Source: Eledone cirrhosa (taxonomy: Eukaryota). Taken from it: a stretch of DNA of 64,000 nt. The notes under the pieces were generated by a model. That model did no database searches, was not told the DNA's origin, and saw nothing but the letters and a program-made list of their open reading frames with translations. Position numbers and translations under genes: made by a program. The stretch covers positions 121,892,001 to 121,956,000 of the forward strand of contig OZ024743.1 of assembly GCA_964016885.1 (NCBI GenBank), given 5' to 3'. Below are positions 39,401 through 54,800 of the stretch, in pieces (within the stretch, counting starts at the first letter, position 1; every line of letters begins with the position of its first letter).

Positions 39401-42400
39401 AACTGGTTGAAGTCCTTCATTCTCAGTCGAAGAGAGGTATTCACGGTTCTAGGACAGCATTCCTCACCATATGAGATGTCATCTGGTGTACCACAGGGAT
39501 CTGTTCTTGGCCCCCTTTTGTTTGTGGCATATATTAATGACATAGATGCCAACTTAAAGAATGCCACGGTACTGAAATATGCAGATGACATCAAGCTGTA
39601 CCTTCAGATAAAAAGGACAGATCCTGAGCACTATAGATCTTGCCTGCAATCTGACCTGGACACAATGCAACAATGGATCACAGTCTGGCAACTCAAGCTA
39701 GCTGTGGACAAGTGTACCATCATGCATTTTGGGAGTAAAAACCCAGAGTCCACATACTCCCTCCACAACACTAATATCAAGAAGTCTTCTTGTGAGCGTT
39801 ACCTGGGCATTACTGTCAGCAGCGATTTGCGTTGGACAAAGCATGTCTCTAAAATTGTCAATAAGGCAGAGGGTGTCTTAGCATCTCTCAGCAAGGCCAT
39901 TGTGAGCCGCTCTCCAGCTATCTATTTAAAGCTGTATATAGCTATGGTGCAGCAACACTTAGAATTTGCATCACCAGTCTGGAATCCCTATCATGCTCAG
40001 AACATTGACCGCCTGTAAACTGTTCAGGGATGTGCAACCAAGCGAATACCCTCCATCAGGCATCTAACATACTCTGAACGCCACAACATTATTAACCATC
40101 TTGCCAACAACAACCCTGAGTACCTTTTTGATTTCCATGTGTCTAACACATGTGGGCATGCCAACTAAGTCAGAAAACAGCACAGCTCCCATGACGCATG
40201 GAACAAACTACTTGCCTCAGTTATTAGCTGTCGAGACATTGCATCCTTTAAAACCTCCATGCTTCCTGAGATTAGCCAACACTACACCTAATATTCCCTC
40301 TCCATACACACGCACACATGTATATCATGACTCATACACTATTCACTTCCATGACATTTGTATATTATTCTATGTACTATACATGCACCTTTGATGAGTT
40401 GTAGTGCACCTGAGCACTGTACACAATAATTTCATTATTATTATTATTATAAAATTTTGCATTCAACTTTAAAAGTCTGCTACAGAGACATTGAGCATGC
40501 TTCAGCAAGCTTATGGTGATGAGGCAATGTTTCGAGTGACATGGGCACTTCAAAAGCCGAAGAAAGTTCCTGGAAGAAGACAAGTGATCTAGAAGACCTG
40601 CCACGAATGTCACTCTCGGAAATGTGGAAAAAATTAATCAGCTTGTGCATGAGGATCATTGGAGGACATTTACTGATATTGCTGATGTAGTTTGTATGCT
40701 GTATGGGTTCGTGCAGGCAATCCTAACGTTTGAATTGAAAATTTGGCATGTTGTTGCCAAGTTTGTCCCCCGCCTACTGACCACTGAGCAGAAACAACAT
40801 CATGTTGAAGTCTGTCAAGATCTCTGTTAGCATGCCGTTGATGATCTATCCTTCATGTCAAGGATCATCTCCAGTGATAGGAGTTAGGTCTATGGGTGCG
40901 ATCCTCAGATGATGCAGCAGTTGACACAGTGGAAAAGTCCTTCATCTCCATGACCAAAGAAGGCAAGACAGAGCTGCAGCTCAATCAAGAGCATGCTCAT
41001 CGTTTTTTTCAACATCTGCCATATTGTGTATCACGAATTTGTCTCCCAGGGCCAAGCCGTCAATTGAGAGTTCTACTGCAATATTTTGAGGTGTTTGAGG
41101 GAGGGCGTTTGGCGAAAGTGACCGGATAAATGGAGTACAAAGAATTGGATCCTCCATGACAACAATGCACCTTATCACTGAGCTCTCCTCCCTTGTGAGT
41201 TTCTCACCAAAAACAACATTGTGTTGTTTCTGTACCCACCGTATTCACCAGATTTAGAACCTGCAGACTTCCATTTCTTCTCCAAGCTGAAAATTGGGCT
41301 CAAAAGTCATTGTTTTAACACAGTTGCTGAGATCTAGAGTGAATCGCAGAAGGTCCTTGACTCGCTTATAGAAAATGACTTCCAGACCAGATTCCAAAAG
41401 TGGCAGGAATGCTGGGACTGGTGTATTGCTGCGCAACTATTTTGAAGGAGATGATATTAAAACTTAGGTAAATATATTAGTCTCTTTTAAACATAACTAG
41501 TCTGGGAACTTTTTGATACCACCTCGTACATATCATTTATGATAGATAAAAAGAAGTTAGATATATGTGGAGAATGCTGAATTTCTCTGGGTTACAATGT
41601 CCTGAGTATATTTATTTTCAAGTTTATGAAACTGTTCTGATTATGAAAACATTAAAATTTATTAAATGCTCATTTGTGAAATGTTTTGTTTCAAATTCTT
41701 ATTTTATATAAATATACCAGCAATGGGGATGGCTGAACCAAGAGGAAACCAAAGTTTAGCTTTACAGTGAAAAAATCAATCAACATTGAACTAGAAATAT
41801 CAATACTTTTACTAACCTGCACATATATCTTCTGTTATCCATTGGACATGCCTGAATTGCTTTCAATACCAGTGCTTGAATTGTAGGATAGTCCATACCC
41901 CATAAGTCTGTATTAAAGAAACCTTCAGGTCCTGCAAAGCGGCTAACATCATGGTTTATGGTACTGTAAAATATGATATAATGGTATTGCAAAAAGTGGT
42001 ATTAGGGTACTCAGAAAGCTGAAGCATGGAACAAACTACCTGCATCAGTTGTTAGCTGTTGGGACACTACATCTTTCAAAACTTCCATGCTTCCCGAAAT
42101 TCGCCAACATTACTTCTGATATTCCCCCTCCATACACATGCACATGTGTGTGTGTGAATAGCTTGACTCATACACTGTTCCTGACATTTGTACATTATTC
42201 TATGCACCTTTGATGAGTTGTAGTGTACCTAAGCACTGTACACAATAATTTCATTATTATTTTTTTATAATATTTTCAAGTTTTATTTATTGGCTGTGTT
42301 TTTTAAAAATATTCTTTTAATTATATATGATTTATTAAATAAATACCTATAGGAATCTTTCGGCATATTATATTTGTTTAAATATACTGATGACAAGAAC

Positions 42401-45400
42401 TTTTCTGGATGTTTCATATATTTGTGTAGCTCTTCTTCATAATGTTTGGATACATAGCATGTCTGAAAAATATTACCAAAATCTTTTATTATTATATCAA
42501 AAACATGTAGTCTTTCATCTTACAAAAGTTTTTATACACCACAACCATCATTACTTTTCATCCAACACATATAATCACCAAAAGACTATGTACTTCTTAT
42601 TATTTGCCTATTTTGAATGTTTGCTCTGTTAAGTCACAAAATTATCGAGCCAGGTAGTTTTTATCAATACATTTCTAAACTAATATTGAAAAACATTCTT
42701 TTTGATTTGCAAAATGTTCTTTTTAGTAAGTTATTTGAATAATAACTATGATATATTCCATATGTCATATACTGGTCAAGAAATGGTGAACAAAATCAGT
42801 TATATGAGAGTTAAATGCAATAGATACATTTTTTTCTGATTAACCAATGGAATAAGAAAGGTTGCATATCAAACATTGCTCAGATTTTTTACATCAATTG
42901 TTCAAAGTAAACTTTCATGAATGGTTTTGGATAAATTAGACTTTTGCCTCTAATATAATTAAATGAAATATTTTAGTATGAGAGTCAGAACACTAAATAT
43001 TTTAAAATACCAAGTCAGGCTGGTGTCTTACGGATAAGGCTATTCCAAACTAACATCATAGCTGAGACTGTTGCTGAGGTATTCATATTGCAATAGATTT
43101 CCATATATTGTAAACCAGCTACCATTACAATTTATAGAGGCTAAATTGATCCAAGTACTATCAATCACACCCAGACTGCTACATCCAGTAACCAAAAGTA
43201 TGGTGGAATGCATTCATAATCAGCTGAAATCAGTGGTATGAGTAGTATTTTTCCTTCATACTACAAGGTATAAATGAAATGATATAATATATTTTGTTGA
43301 TATGTCTATGAGCTATACCTTCTGTTTACGCTCCCTATTCTGTCCCAAATTATTCGTAGATTGCTTCAGTTTATACAAAGAAAAAAACCCATAGCTTATC
43401 AACAAAATATTTTTCCTATTTCATGTAGTATAGAGAGGCTCTATTTGTGAAATTAGTTAAATGCACAAATTGTTGATGTAATGTGCTTCATGACTCAGTG
43501 CCCTTCCTGACATTAAGAGACTTTTGACTCAATTTGAAGTGCTTAAAATTTCTATATTAGAAGGATCTCTGTGAATAAATAATTAATATTACTGAAAATG
43601 ATCAAGAATTTGGAGGGATTTAATAAAAGAACCAGTTATCTCAAACTTGGTGTTTGGAGCATAGCTTAACAAAAGATCTTACAAAATTATGATGGAAGAT
43701 TTTTTTGAGCGATATAAACATTTAAAAACAAACAGTTTCATACCAATAAACCAGGCACAGTTTCAAGGATTTTGGTATCAAAAGAGTTAAACATATCTAA
43801 ATTACATATCATTGGCGTTTAATATCATCCTAGGAAGGATGATATTAAACACCAACAAGGATTAACATAAAAGCTACCTGCTCCATAACTTGTCGAACAA
43901 GTATTTGCTCCAATGGTGAATACAGAGGAAAATTGTGTTTTGCCAATCCAAATCGTAATGCTTGCCGGATTTTGCCAGCACCATATGACTGAATTGATTG
44001 TCCTCCTTCAATTGCAAATCCTGTAGGTAGAAAGAAAGAAAACAAATGACTGGTCAGAATGAATTAATTTAATACATTATAGGAAGGGCATTCAGCTGTA
44101 GAAAGCTTGCAAAATAAAGGGGTTGGGAGGACCCTTCAGTTTGTGTCAAAAGACACAATAGCATCTCCTTTGCATTTGATATGACTGTACGTAAGCAGGA
44201 TACAGTCTTCGTGGCCTGTCTGGGAGGTCAGTAGCCCCATTTCAGTACAGACTTGGTCTATAAAAACCCGTCCAACCCTTGCTAGCAGGAAATGCAGATG
44301 TTAACTAATGTTGATGACGAGTCATTAAGATATTTCTCCGTGTGTATCTGCTTGAGAAAGGATACTTTGTATTGCTGAGGTATAGGAAATACTGAATATC
44401 GGGCCATATGTTCAGTTGACTTCAGTTTTATATTGATTTTATATTGATTTTTTCTCAAAATTCATTGCTTTATCTAAAGGTTTTTTAAGAATTAAACTAT
44501 AAAAGTCATGTTTCATTCAGCATTTCGAGTGTTATCATATATTCCCTTTCATAGATTTATTCACGACTTTTCATGTTATAAACAAATATAAGTTATGTGA
44601 AAGTTTCAGAAAAAATCCAGCATGAAAATGTTCTTTTTTGAGTGAAAGATTTCCAGCCATCTGATAATAACATTAAATTGATCAACCATAGTTTTTCATA
44701 TCTATGTACACATATATGTAAATCTACTTATTTTTAGTAGAAACTGTAATCTTTATAAGAATGTGAAGAGTTCCCATTAAGAGAGATTTTTTTTCTTTTT
44801 GAGATTTTAATTTCACCACAGTAAAATCCAATATTGCTACTTTATTTTAAAATATTTTTATTCCTGGATGTATATATTATTGTAGTTTATTAGTATGTAT
44901 ATGAAGGTGATGTAGTTGGTGCCAAGCTGTATCAACCATTGCCTTTCCCTTGGACAACATCAGTGGCATGGAGAGGGGAAACTGGTATGCATGGGCATCT
45001 GCTGGTATTCCACAAATACACTTTGTCAAGACTTGTGCCTCGGAGGGGAACTTTCTAGGTACAAAACCATGGCCATTCGTGACCAAAAGAGGCCTACAAT
45101 TAGTATGTATTGAACTTTTCATAGTTGGGTCCGAAAACAAACTTTATTTACTTGCGTTCATCTGAAATTCTCCTTTTAAGGATCAAAGGCTTTAGGATGC
45201 TACTTTGTCAGTGTAATATTTAAAGGATTTAACATATAATTTACATTTAGAAAATAAATGGACAATGTATTAAAAATATTACTTTCCATCATAAATAGGA
45301 ATCACCTCCATTCTTTCACCTATATCAACCATTATACCAGATTTAGTGTTGTATGAGTAGAGAGCCGCAATAGCTTGAGTTACCATACAAACTGCCTGCA

Positions 45401-45749
45401 CATGGAATCGGTTCATCAGCATATCCATTATATTTTCTTTGTCTTTTTTACTAACATGCAAAGGTAAAACCAACATAACCTTCAAAATAGATAAAAAAAA
45501 AAACATGTTATAAACTAGTCAGTACAACTTAAACAATGTGCTGAAAATTTTAACACCAAGAAATAAATGACAATAGATTTTGTGTGTGTTTTTAAATGGG
45601 TAAAATGATTCTTCTATGTAGTATTTGTTCTAGTTTCAACAGACAGTCTCAGATCAAGTCACTTGCCACTTGACAGACAACCAGATATGTTTAACTCGAC
45701 CTTGCTAACAGGGAAAACAGACTTCAATTGACAATGATGATTGTGTATG

Positions 45750-45807
<58 letters not shown>

Positions 45808-48800
45808 TGCGCGCGTGTGTGCGCGTGTGCGTGTGTGTGTGTGTGTGCGTGCGTGCGTGCGTGAATATGACTGAGAGAAAATAGTATTCAATACCAAAGT
45901 AAAGTTTAGATATTCATTTTATTAAGATTAAATAGTGAGTCTTATTACTCTGGAGTTTTGCCACATGGTTGATCATGATTGCTTGAAGCCTTATTTTTAT
46001 TCCTCATACTGCTATCTCCACCTCACTGCTACCTTTGCATCTAATCCCCCTGCTGTCGAATGCTTTTACACTATTTATCCCTCTGCACTTTTTAACCACC
46101 TCTGGGGGTCACCAAGGTTGTTATGCAGCCCATGTCCACAAGGGCTCTTGACAGCTTCCCCTTCACCAGCACCTCCACTATGGGCAGTGACTGCAAGAGT
46201 GCCTTTACACACTTCCGAGGGTAGCTACCAGCACAGTAACTCCGCTTTGACTGTTTCCTTGGATGCAATTGTTGGTGATGTGATTTGCCCTCTTACATCA
46301 GTAGCAAATTATTTCAGGCTTCATCTCCTTGCAGTCCCTTGCCATGTGCAGACTCTAACACCTGAAGCATTGGCCTTTGAATGCCCATGGCTGAGCGTTC
46401 ATGGAGGCTCTCCTCCCTTCATCATTCATTGATTGCTGTCAACTGCTATGGGTTTCTGTCACTGCTAACGCCACAACAGTCTGTTCAATGCTGCATGTTA
46501 CCATGTGGACCTGTGTGATTAGCTCACTCATGACCATTTTGTTGTTTTCTGACAACTGTTGGAGCCTCACCGGAATTTCGTCGGAGAAACCATTCATGAA
46601 TGCCATCCACACAGCCCTTTCTAAGATTTCTCCTGTGAATTCTACTAGTGTACCCAACTTCTGGATTTCGACTGCAAACATGTCAACCTGATCTACGGTC
46701 CACCTCACTTTTCCTAGCTTAGTGAAAGCAGAATATGACTCCTTAATGAATGCCTCTTTGAGGCGCTGCTCTATCTTATCCACGTTCAGTTGGTCTGCCT
46801 GGTTCATTTTGAGGTATAATGCCAGTACGTTGCCTTCAAGATACAGTGTCACAAGTCCTGCCACATTTTCGATGCCTTGTAGTGTAGCATCCAATTTTAT
46901 CTTCCTAAGCCAGGCAATAACCTCCATCTCACCGCTGAAGGTTTTAATTGCGTCACTACCCATTCTTATTTTTGTCGCCATATCTTCTGCGAGTCAGAGA
47001 AAGTAAATAATAATTGTTTCTACTTTAGGCACAAGGCCAGCAATTACCCAGTGCATTACTGGTACTTTATTTTATCGACCCCGTAAGGATGAAAGGCAAA
47101 GTCAACCTCGGCGAGATTTGAACTCAGATCGTAAAGGGACGTAACTATGCTGGAAAGCATGGCGTCCGACCCTCTACCTATACTGCCAATCCACCGCCAA
47201 AGTAAATAATAATAACGATAAAAATCCCTCGCTGAAAATGCTTGTCATAAGAAGCGAAGAGACCTCACAAAAATTAAACCTCACAAAGGAGATGACACAG
47301 GATCAAGATCTCTGGTTTTATGCATACCTTTGTGAGGTTTAATTGTGCAAGGTTAGTTTTTATCATTACATATCAAGTTTTCCTATATCTTTCTTTTGCA
47401 TAGCTTCCATCAACTTTGAGTGCCCTGCACCTTTTTTAAATGGCTGTCATCTTCCATGTGCACCACATGTCTATATCACTGCAATCTCTTCTCCTGCATA
47501 CTGCACCTGACTCCTCTTATTCCCAGTTTCTCTCTCAGTTCATCTCGACACTTTGGTGTTCATGCACATTACTATTCCACAACATGCAAGCTTCACATAT
47601 ATATGTATATATTTAAAATACCCATAATAAAAGATGTTTTAGCCATGGCCCTCCCATCTTTTTGTATTGCTTGAACTAGATTGTTCAATGTGTCTTCCTT
47701 TTTTTTTTAAATGGTAAGATAGGATTTGAGTGAATTTATATACTATTTCTAAGCGCATACCCTCCATCAGACACCTACCATACTCTGAACGCCTTGCTTC
47801 CCTGGGCATGGATTCATTGAAGCTCCGACGTCTGGCAATGGACTTGGTAAATACCCACAAAGTTATTAACCATCTCGCCAATTGCAACCCTGAGCACCTT
47901 TTTGATCTCCATGTGTCTAACACACGTGGACATGCCTACAAAATCAGAAAACAGCACAGCTCCCATGACTTTTGTAGACATTTTTTCACGCTCAGAGTTG
48001 CTGAAGCATGGAACAAACTGCCTGCGTCAGTTGTTAGCTGCCGAGGCACTGCATCCTTTAAGACACTCATGCTTCCCGAAATACGCCAAAACTACACCTG
48101 ATGTACCCCTTCCATACACATGCACACGTGTGTATCATGACTTGTGCACTGTTCATTTTCCTGATGTTTGTGCATTGCCCTATGTACTGTACATGCACTT
48201 TTTGATGAGTTGTGGTGCACCTGGGCACTGTACACAATATTTCATTATTATTATTATTATTATTATTATATCATGACTCATACACTGTTCATTTTCCTGA
48301 CATTTGTACATTATTCTATGTACTATACATGCACCTTTGATGAGTTGTAGTGCACCTGAGCACTGTACACAATAATTTCATTATTATTATTATACATTAT
48401 TAATAGGTGGGGCAATTACATAGATTTCATCTCTTTAGCTAGCTCCTATAAAATGTGTATGTTTAGCTGACACCTTTATCTTTCGATTTTGAATACTTAC
48501 TCTGTCCAACTGTTAATTTTGCAACTTGTATACCCCAGAAAGCAATAAAAACATTATATTGATGAATTGTGTAGTTTATATCTCTAGTCTGCATATGTCT
48601 TGAGCTAATTTATACCCATTCCTATTATGGAATAATGTCATTTCAATCAATAACATTCTTCTTGCTCTTCCTCAATGAGGCTGGGGTCATCCTAAGCCAG
48701 CAATCCCAAAGCATTGTCGTGCGTAGAGCCAACCAGTTCCACCAGCACCCTCCATCGCTGGCGGTCCTGTGCCAACTCCTCTGCATCATCTAAGGTGATG

Positions 48801-51800
48801 TCAGGCCTCCAGAGATCTTCCCTGATGATATCCAACCATCTCGTGTGGAGTCTGCCATGGGGCCTCTTCCAGCCTACAGCCACTGTATCATACAAGAGTA
48901 AGATCCTGGAAGGATGATCTGCATGCGGGTGAACGGGAAGGACTCCGACTGGTTCTCCAACCAATGACATAAAGGAAATTAATTTTACATTAATTTACAC
49001 TCATTTATATTTTTACACAGTGAAGTTTACTCAGCTGTAGAAATGAGATGATAGGGACTGGGGTCCCTATCCTTCCACTGTAAAGTGGACGTGGAGGTGC
49101 CACGGCAAAAAAGCACCCAGCACTCACTGTAAATGAGGTTGGTGTTAGGAAGGGCATCCAGCTGTAGAAATCAAGCCAGAATCAGTTCCCGTCCCTCCCT
49201 TGCAAGCAGGGAAAAAGCGGACGTAAAATGAAATGATGATGAAAATGAAAGAAGCTGATAATTTCTTACATGGTTGTCTGAAGGTCTTACTTTCAAATCC
49301 TGGAAGATAGCTGTGAATACGGATGGAAGGATTTCATATTCAATTCTGAACTGAAATATAAAAAGTAATTCAACATTTGTAATTCAGGATTATATCAGTA
49401 ACTTGGCTTGAAACAACATTTCTTTTAACCCTTTAGCATTTAAACTGTCTGTATCTAGCCAGGATTCTCTCACTTCTTTCTGTTCAAACCGACCATAACT
49501 GGCCACTCATATGTGAGATAATAATGAGGTAATAGTGAGGTAAAGCCGTTACCAAGAAAATACAGTAGCATATATAGAGTAATGTAAATGCTAAAGGGTT
49601 AAATATGCAATGATTTTTTTTATCACAGACTAGCAGTGGTACCCGGCGTTGCACGGGATAAGGTATTTTAGAACGTGGGCCGCCAACGGACCTAATCGTG
49701 GAAAAACTGCATACCTGGACAATATGTAAAGAAAATAAACCGAATACTCTAATGGCTGGATAATCTTTAAGATTTTCCTTGATGAAGCAGGAAAAATGCA
49801 GGTTTTCACCTAATGCGAGCCCTAGGGCATCAAGAAAATGAATTTTTTTTATGTGCATAATATGCCTTGAAATTTCGGACAGCCAGACATACAGACAGAT
49901 ATTATAAGAGCGCGTTCTGGACGCAGAGGGAATTGTGGGAAGTGACGTAATGCAGACAGCCAGACATACAGATAAGGGCGCGACGTTATATGTATGTAAA
50001 AAGAGAAAGACTAAGAATTATAGAGAGAGATCGCTAAATCGCCTAGGGCATTGAAAATTTTAAATTTTTTTGCTCAGAACACTCCCTGAAACATAAGTAT
50101 TACATGTGTAAAGTTTGAAAACAGTCGGTTGGGTGCATAGTGATGTTTTTCTTTACCGGCTTTAATTTTTAGTGTTGGGTGCTTCTCGAGTTTTAGGGAT
50201 TCAAACTCACACACACAGACAGACATCCTCAGTTTTATATATATAGATAATTTGATAAAAATGAAATATAAAAACACTCAATGTGTATTTAAATAGGCAA
50301 ATTATATTCAATATACGAGGGTAATCTGAAAAGTTCATAGGCTGACTATGAAGGAGTGATGCTTGAGTTGTGAAATCTTGCATGCATTAATTTCAACTCT
50401 TCTTATCAATAAATGCATTGTTTCTTTTCAGGTAAACTGACATCTGACTGTTCAAAGAAGACTTCAAAAGTAACTAGTAGTGACTTCTCTTAAAAATGGG
50501 TAAAATTTGACATTGTATTGTTATCAAGTACTTGCAGAAAAAGGGTTTAGCTCTGAAGGACATCCATGCTAACATGGTTGCTACATCAGAGGATGTCACT
50601 CCAGCTTTATCAAGAGTGCAAAAGTGGGCAGCTGAATTTAGGAATGTTGTCCAACAATCAGTACACCATGTGAAGTAATTGGTGATATGAAGGGCACCCT
50701 GCAGTAGAAACCATGGATAAAAGGGTTGAGAGGACCCCCTCAGTTATGTCAATGGCACAACAATCTCTCTGTTGGTGATCTATATGATAAATACACTCAG
50801 TACATGCTGTAAAGTGGTTGGTGATAGAAAAAGCATCCAGTCCCACCAGATGTGTCAAAGACATAACAATCTCCCTAGTGTTGGTGACACGATAAAATGC
50901 ACTTGGTAAAACACCTTCCCAACGTATCTGGAAGGTCAATAGCCGTGCTTCAGTACTGACACAGTCTGTGAAGACTCATCCAACCCTTGTTAGCAGAGAA
51001 AGTAGAAGTTAAATGATTATATATATGGAAAGGAAAGGAGCTGATTGTCAGATTAGACCAAGAAAATTATGTTTCCATTGTTTTTCCATTGCTGATACTA
51101 TCTGCAGGTCACAACTCCTGGCAGGAGGTGATATTTGAACTCAGAATACACAGTGCAGGAGCAGATTCTGCTAGACATCCTGTCTAACTCTTTACCGATT
51201 CCACCAATCCACTGTTCCTAGACTGATATTTTATTCATCGACCCTAAAAGGATGAAAGGAAAAATTGACCTCAGTAAAATTTTACTTCAGTGGGATTTTA
51301 ACTTAGAGTGCAGAGATCTGAAATAAATACCAAGGCTTTGGATTAATGCCCTACCAACTCTGCAAATGCTAGCAACCACAACTAATTTCATTACAACTGG
51401 TCACGGGAGAAATGACAGCTGGTTGATGGTTAGTATTAGTGTTACAGAATGGTAACCAACTTATATAAGTGTTTATCACTAGTGACAAACAAATGCTGAC
51501 AACCAGAGCCAATGAATGACATTAAAATTGGTCAGAACAGATGTGACACAATCAGTAAAGATTTCTCACAGATGTTTACCATTCATGGTGTGTAAACAAA
51601 ATAAACAGTGGTCACAGTTGTTAATATTGAAATAGAAACTATTTAACACTCAATGTTTGGTAACTGCAGTAGTTGTTATTACTTCATCATCATCATCATT
51701 TAATGGCCATTTTCGTTGCTAGCAAGGGTTGGATGTGGCGTCACTGACTGGTCACTACTCAAGCAGAGCTTCTGACCTCCAGGAGAACCAGGGGCCGGAT

Positions 51801-54800
51801 ATATCATCCTGAGTGCATTTTATTGTGGCACCAACACTAGAGAAGTCATTGCCATAGGCATAGCTGAAGAGTCTTCCTGACCATTTGTTTGGCAGGTTTT
51901 ATATGGCTGGATGCCTTTTCTATCACCAATCATTTTATAGAATGTCCTGGGTGGTCATTTATCATGTAAATCAACAAACACTAGTGAGGTTGTTATGTCT
52001 ATGGCACATACATATGTATTTATAAAAAAAAAAAACTTTTCTCAATATGTGAACAGCATCTGTTTCTCTTTAAGTCCAATCCAATTGAATGCAGGTAATA
52101 AAACATGGAGTAAATCTCTCACCTTATCTACTTTTTCCGAAAGTCCAAATGCATGCAAAAGGTTAGAAGAAAGGCGGTTGTTGGGTTTATAAGCTTCAAA
52201 TCCAACATAGTGTTTTTTTTCAGTATAGTTCACTGCAACAACACTGGGGAAGAAAATCTGAGGCAAAGTGGCTGTAAAAGACAGTGTTAGTGAAAATGAA
52301 GCAAGTTTTATTGATGAACATTGGGTAAAAGTGTGCAAAGGGATCAGCAAACTAGGTTGTATTAAATGGCTTCATCATGACCACTTAATTTTTTTTTTCT
52401 TGTCAAAATTTTATTTACATAAATATTTTGCATAATAAAGAAGAAAAAAAATTAAATAATTACTATAAGAAGTGAAGGGGGGACAGACTCTTTACTCCTG
52501 TCTAATAAAATATATCACAGCTATGCTCCATGTATAAGAGTCAGTGACACCTACTGCATCAGCCGCTCCACCGCATAGGGCTCCTTCCTCCATTTTGTGG
52601 AGGAAAATGGCAGTTCAGAGACCAAGTACACCACCGGTCTCCATGACAAATGGCACAAAAAAGAAGCAATAAGTCAAGTCCTGGTGTTTAGATATCTTCT
52701 ACTTCTTTGCATTATTGTTTTGGTTTTTCCCTGAGGCTTGGCTTTCTGATCTGTAAGCCTCACAAATGTGGTTTCACTGTGGATTTGTTTGGTCTTCACT
52801 CACTGTCATGTCACAATAGTGCTGGCTGCTTCCCATGCCATGCTGCTCTCAACAAGATCATAAAGCATGGCCTGGAAGGTGCAGGTTTTCCTTCCAGTGC
52901 TGGACTAAGGAGATGGCAAAAGGCCAGACGACATGACAATCTTCCTATTCGGCTGGGGTAGGACCCTCATTTGGCATGCTATATGTTGTGACACCATCTC
53001 TAGCGGCAACCTTGTGTGTTTGGCTACCAGCCCAGGCTTCACTGCCCATAGGCTGAAGAGGACAAACTGTCCAAGTATTGGCCATTCTCTGATAGGTTTG
53101 TAGAAGTGGAGACTTCTGGCATTCTTGGATCCTGGACCACATTCCTGCTCACAGCTATTCAAGCAGAGTTGGCTGCCCACAGGAGAAAACCCTCTGAGGT
53201 GGAGTGGCTGTTCCAGCACATCTCCCTCACAGTCCTCTGGGACAATGTTTTCTCCATCCTGTCGGCCAGTTTCATTTATGGTGGCATGTGGATTTGATTT
53301 ATTTCCATAAAGATACATACGTACATACATGCATGAATAAATACATACATATGTTTGTTGTAAAACATTGCTTAAAAAGTCTAACCTGACCCATGCCAGT
53401 ATGGAAAAGTCAATGTAAAATCAATGTTGATGGTGATTATATATATATATTCTCTGTGTTTGCCATAATACTGTTATCGATTAACTAATTTTGCAATCCA
53501 CACCTGATGACATCGCCAAAGTCTTACATCATGTTCTGATGTAACTAGGCTATTGAAATATGTATTGTTTTTGCAACATTAAATTGAATATTTTGAGTCT
53601 AGCCTTTGTTTTTAAATATATATAAATATATATACATATATATATAAGAGATAACAAAATGTTGTTATAGGTAATCCAGTTAGAGGTTGTGAATACTTCT
53701 TATTATGGATAGTTTTAGCGTATGGCTTTGTTTGACTCAACAAGAGGTTTACGTAGATGGTGAGTTTATGATTTAACTTGTATTCCTATGTAAGTTTATC
53801 TTGGAGTAATAAAATTGAAAAAATGTGAAGAATAATATGGTCAACAGTACAAAAAAGGAGAATTTATTTACTTAAGGCAGGCCATAAAGAGCGACGCAAA
53901 TACATACCAAATACAAAAAATAACAACACACTTAATAGAAATAACACTATCCACACCTATAGAAGCAACAAATCTAGGACTAAACATAGAAATTGGCAAC
54001 AAACACGTGAATTAATTGAACAGAAAACTAATAGAAAGACCACTAATAACTATAGAAGATGTAGAGATAGAAAGTACTTATGGTTCAATCCAGTGTTTAA
54101 CTCCTCTATAAAAACAAAACTACCTTATACTTTCTTCAAATTAGTTGACAAACACTTCCCTAAAATTCATAAAATCTTTAATAGAAAAACTATCAAACTA
54201 TCATACTCCACTGCCAACAACATAGAATCGCACATACATAAAATTAACTATAAAAGAATTTATAATACAAGTAGTCCGCAAATAAGTACCATAACACCAA
54301 ATACAAAACAAACATATAACCAAACACACGTCAGAAAACATCACCACAATACATCAAGAAACCCAATTCTCAGCCCATACATAACAATTTACAAAACCAT
54401 ATTGAAGAACCGGCACATAGGAAAGCATCTAAATGTAATTATCATCTACCTGACAAATGCCCATTACAAAATAGATGCCTAGAGTCTAATATAGTATACC
54501 TATGTACTATAAATTCAGGCAGCTTATCATCGCACTACATAGGATCTACAGTTGGAGAATTTAAGAAAAGGTATTATATCCACAGGCACTCTATGAATAA
54601 CAGGAAGCTCATAAATACAACAACTCTCGCCAATAAAATCTGGCAACTCAGAGATGCAAACATCTTTCTATCTCTATTTCTCTCCCTAAATTTATTTCAT
54701 CCTTAGTATTTTATCTTATCATATCATTTTCACTTCTAATATAACATACAACTAATTAATCAAATAATTAATTAATTATATAATTAATTTATTAAAATAA

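Noticed and set aside
39029-40018. 329-aa reverse transcriptase as an active or host gene
   Set aside because: Fragment of a CR1 ORF2 with stops and frameshifts on both sides.
47015-47198. tRNA gene (also 34257-34340)
   Set aside because: Only a tRNA-derived SINE head; no cloverleaf, and it has a SINE body and TSD.
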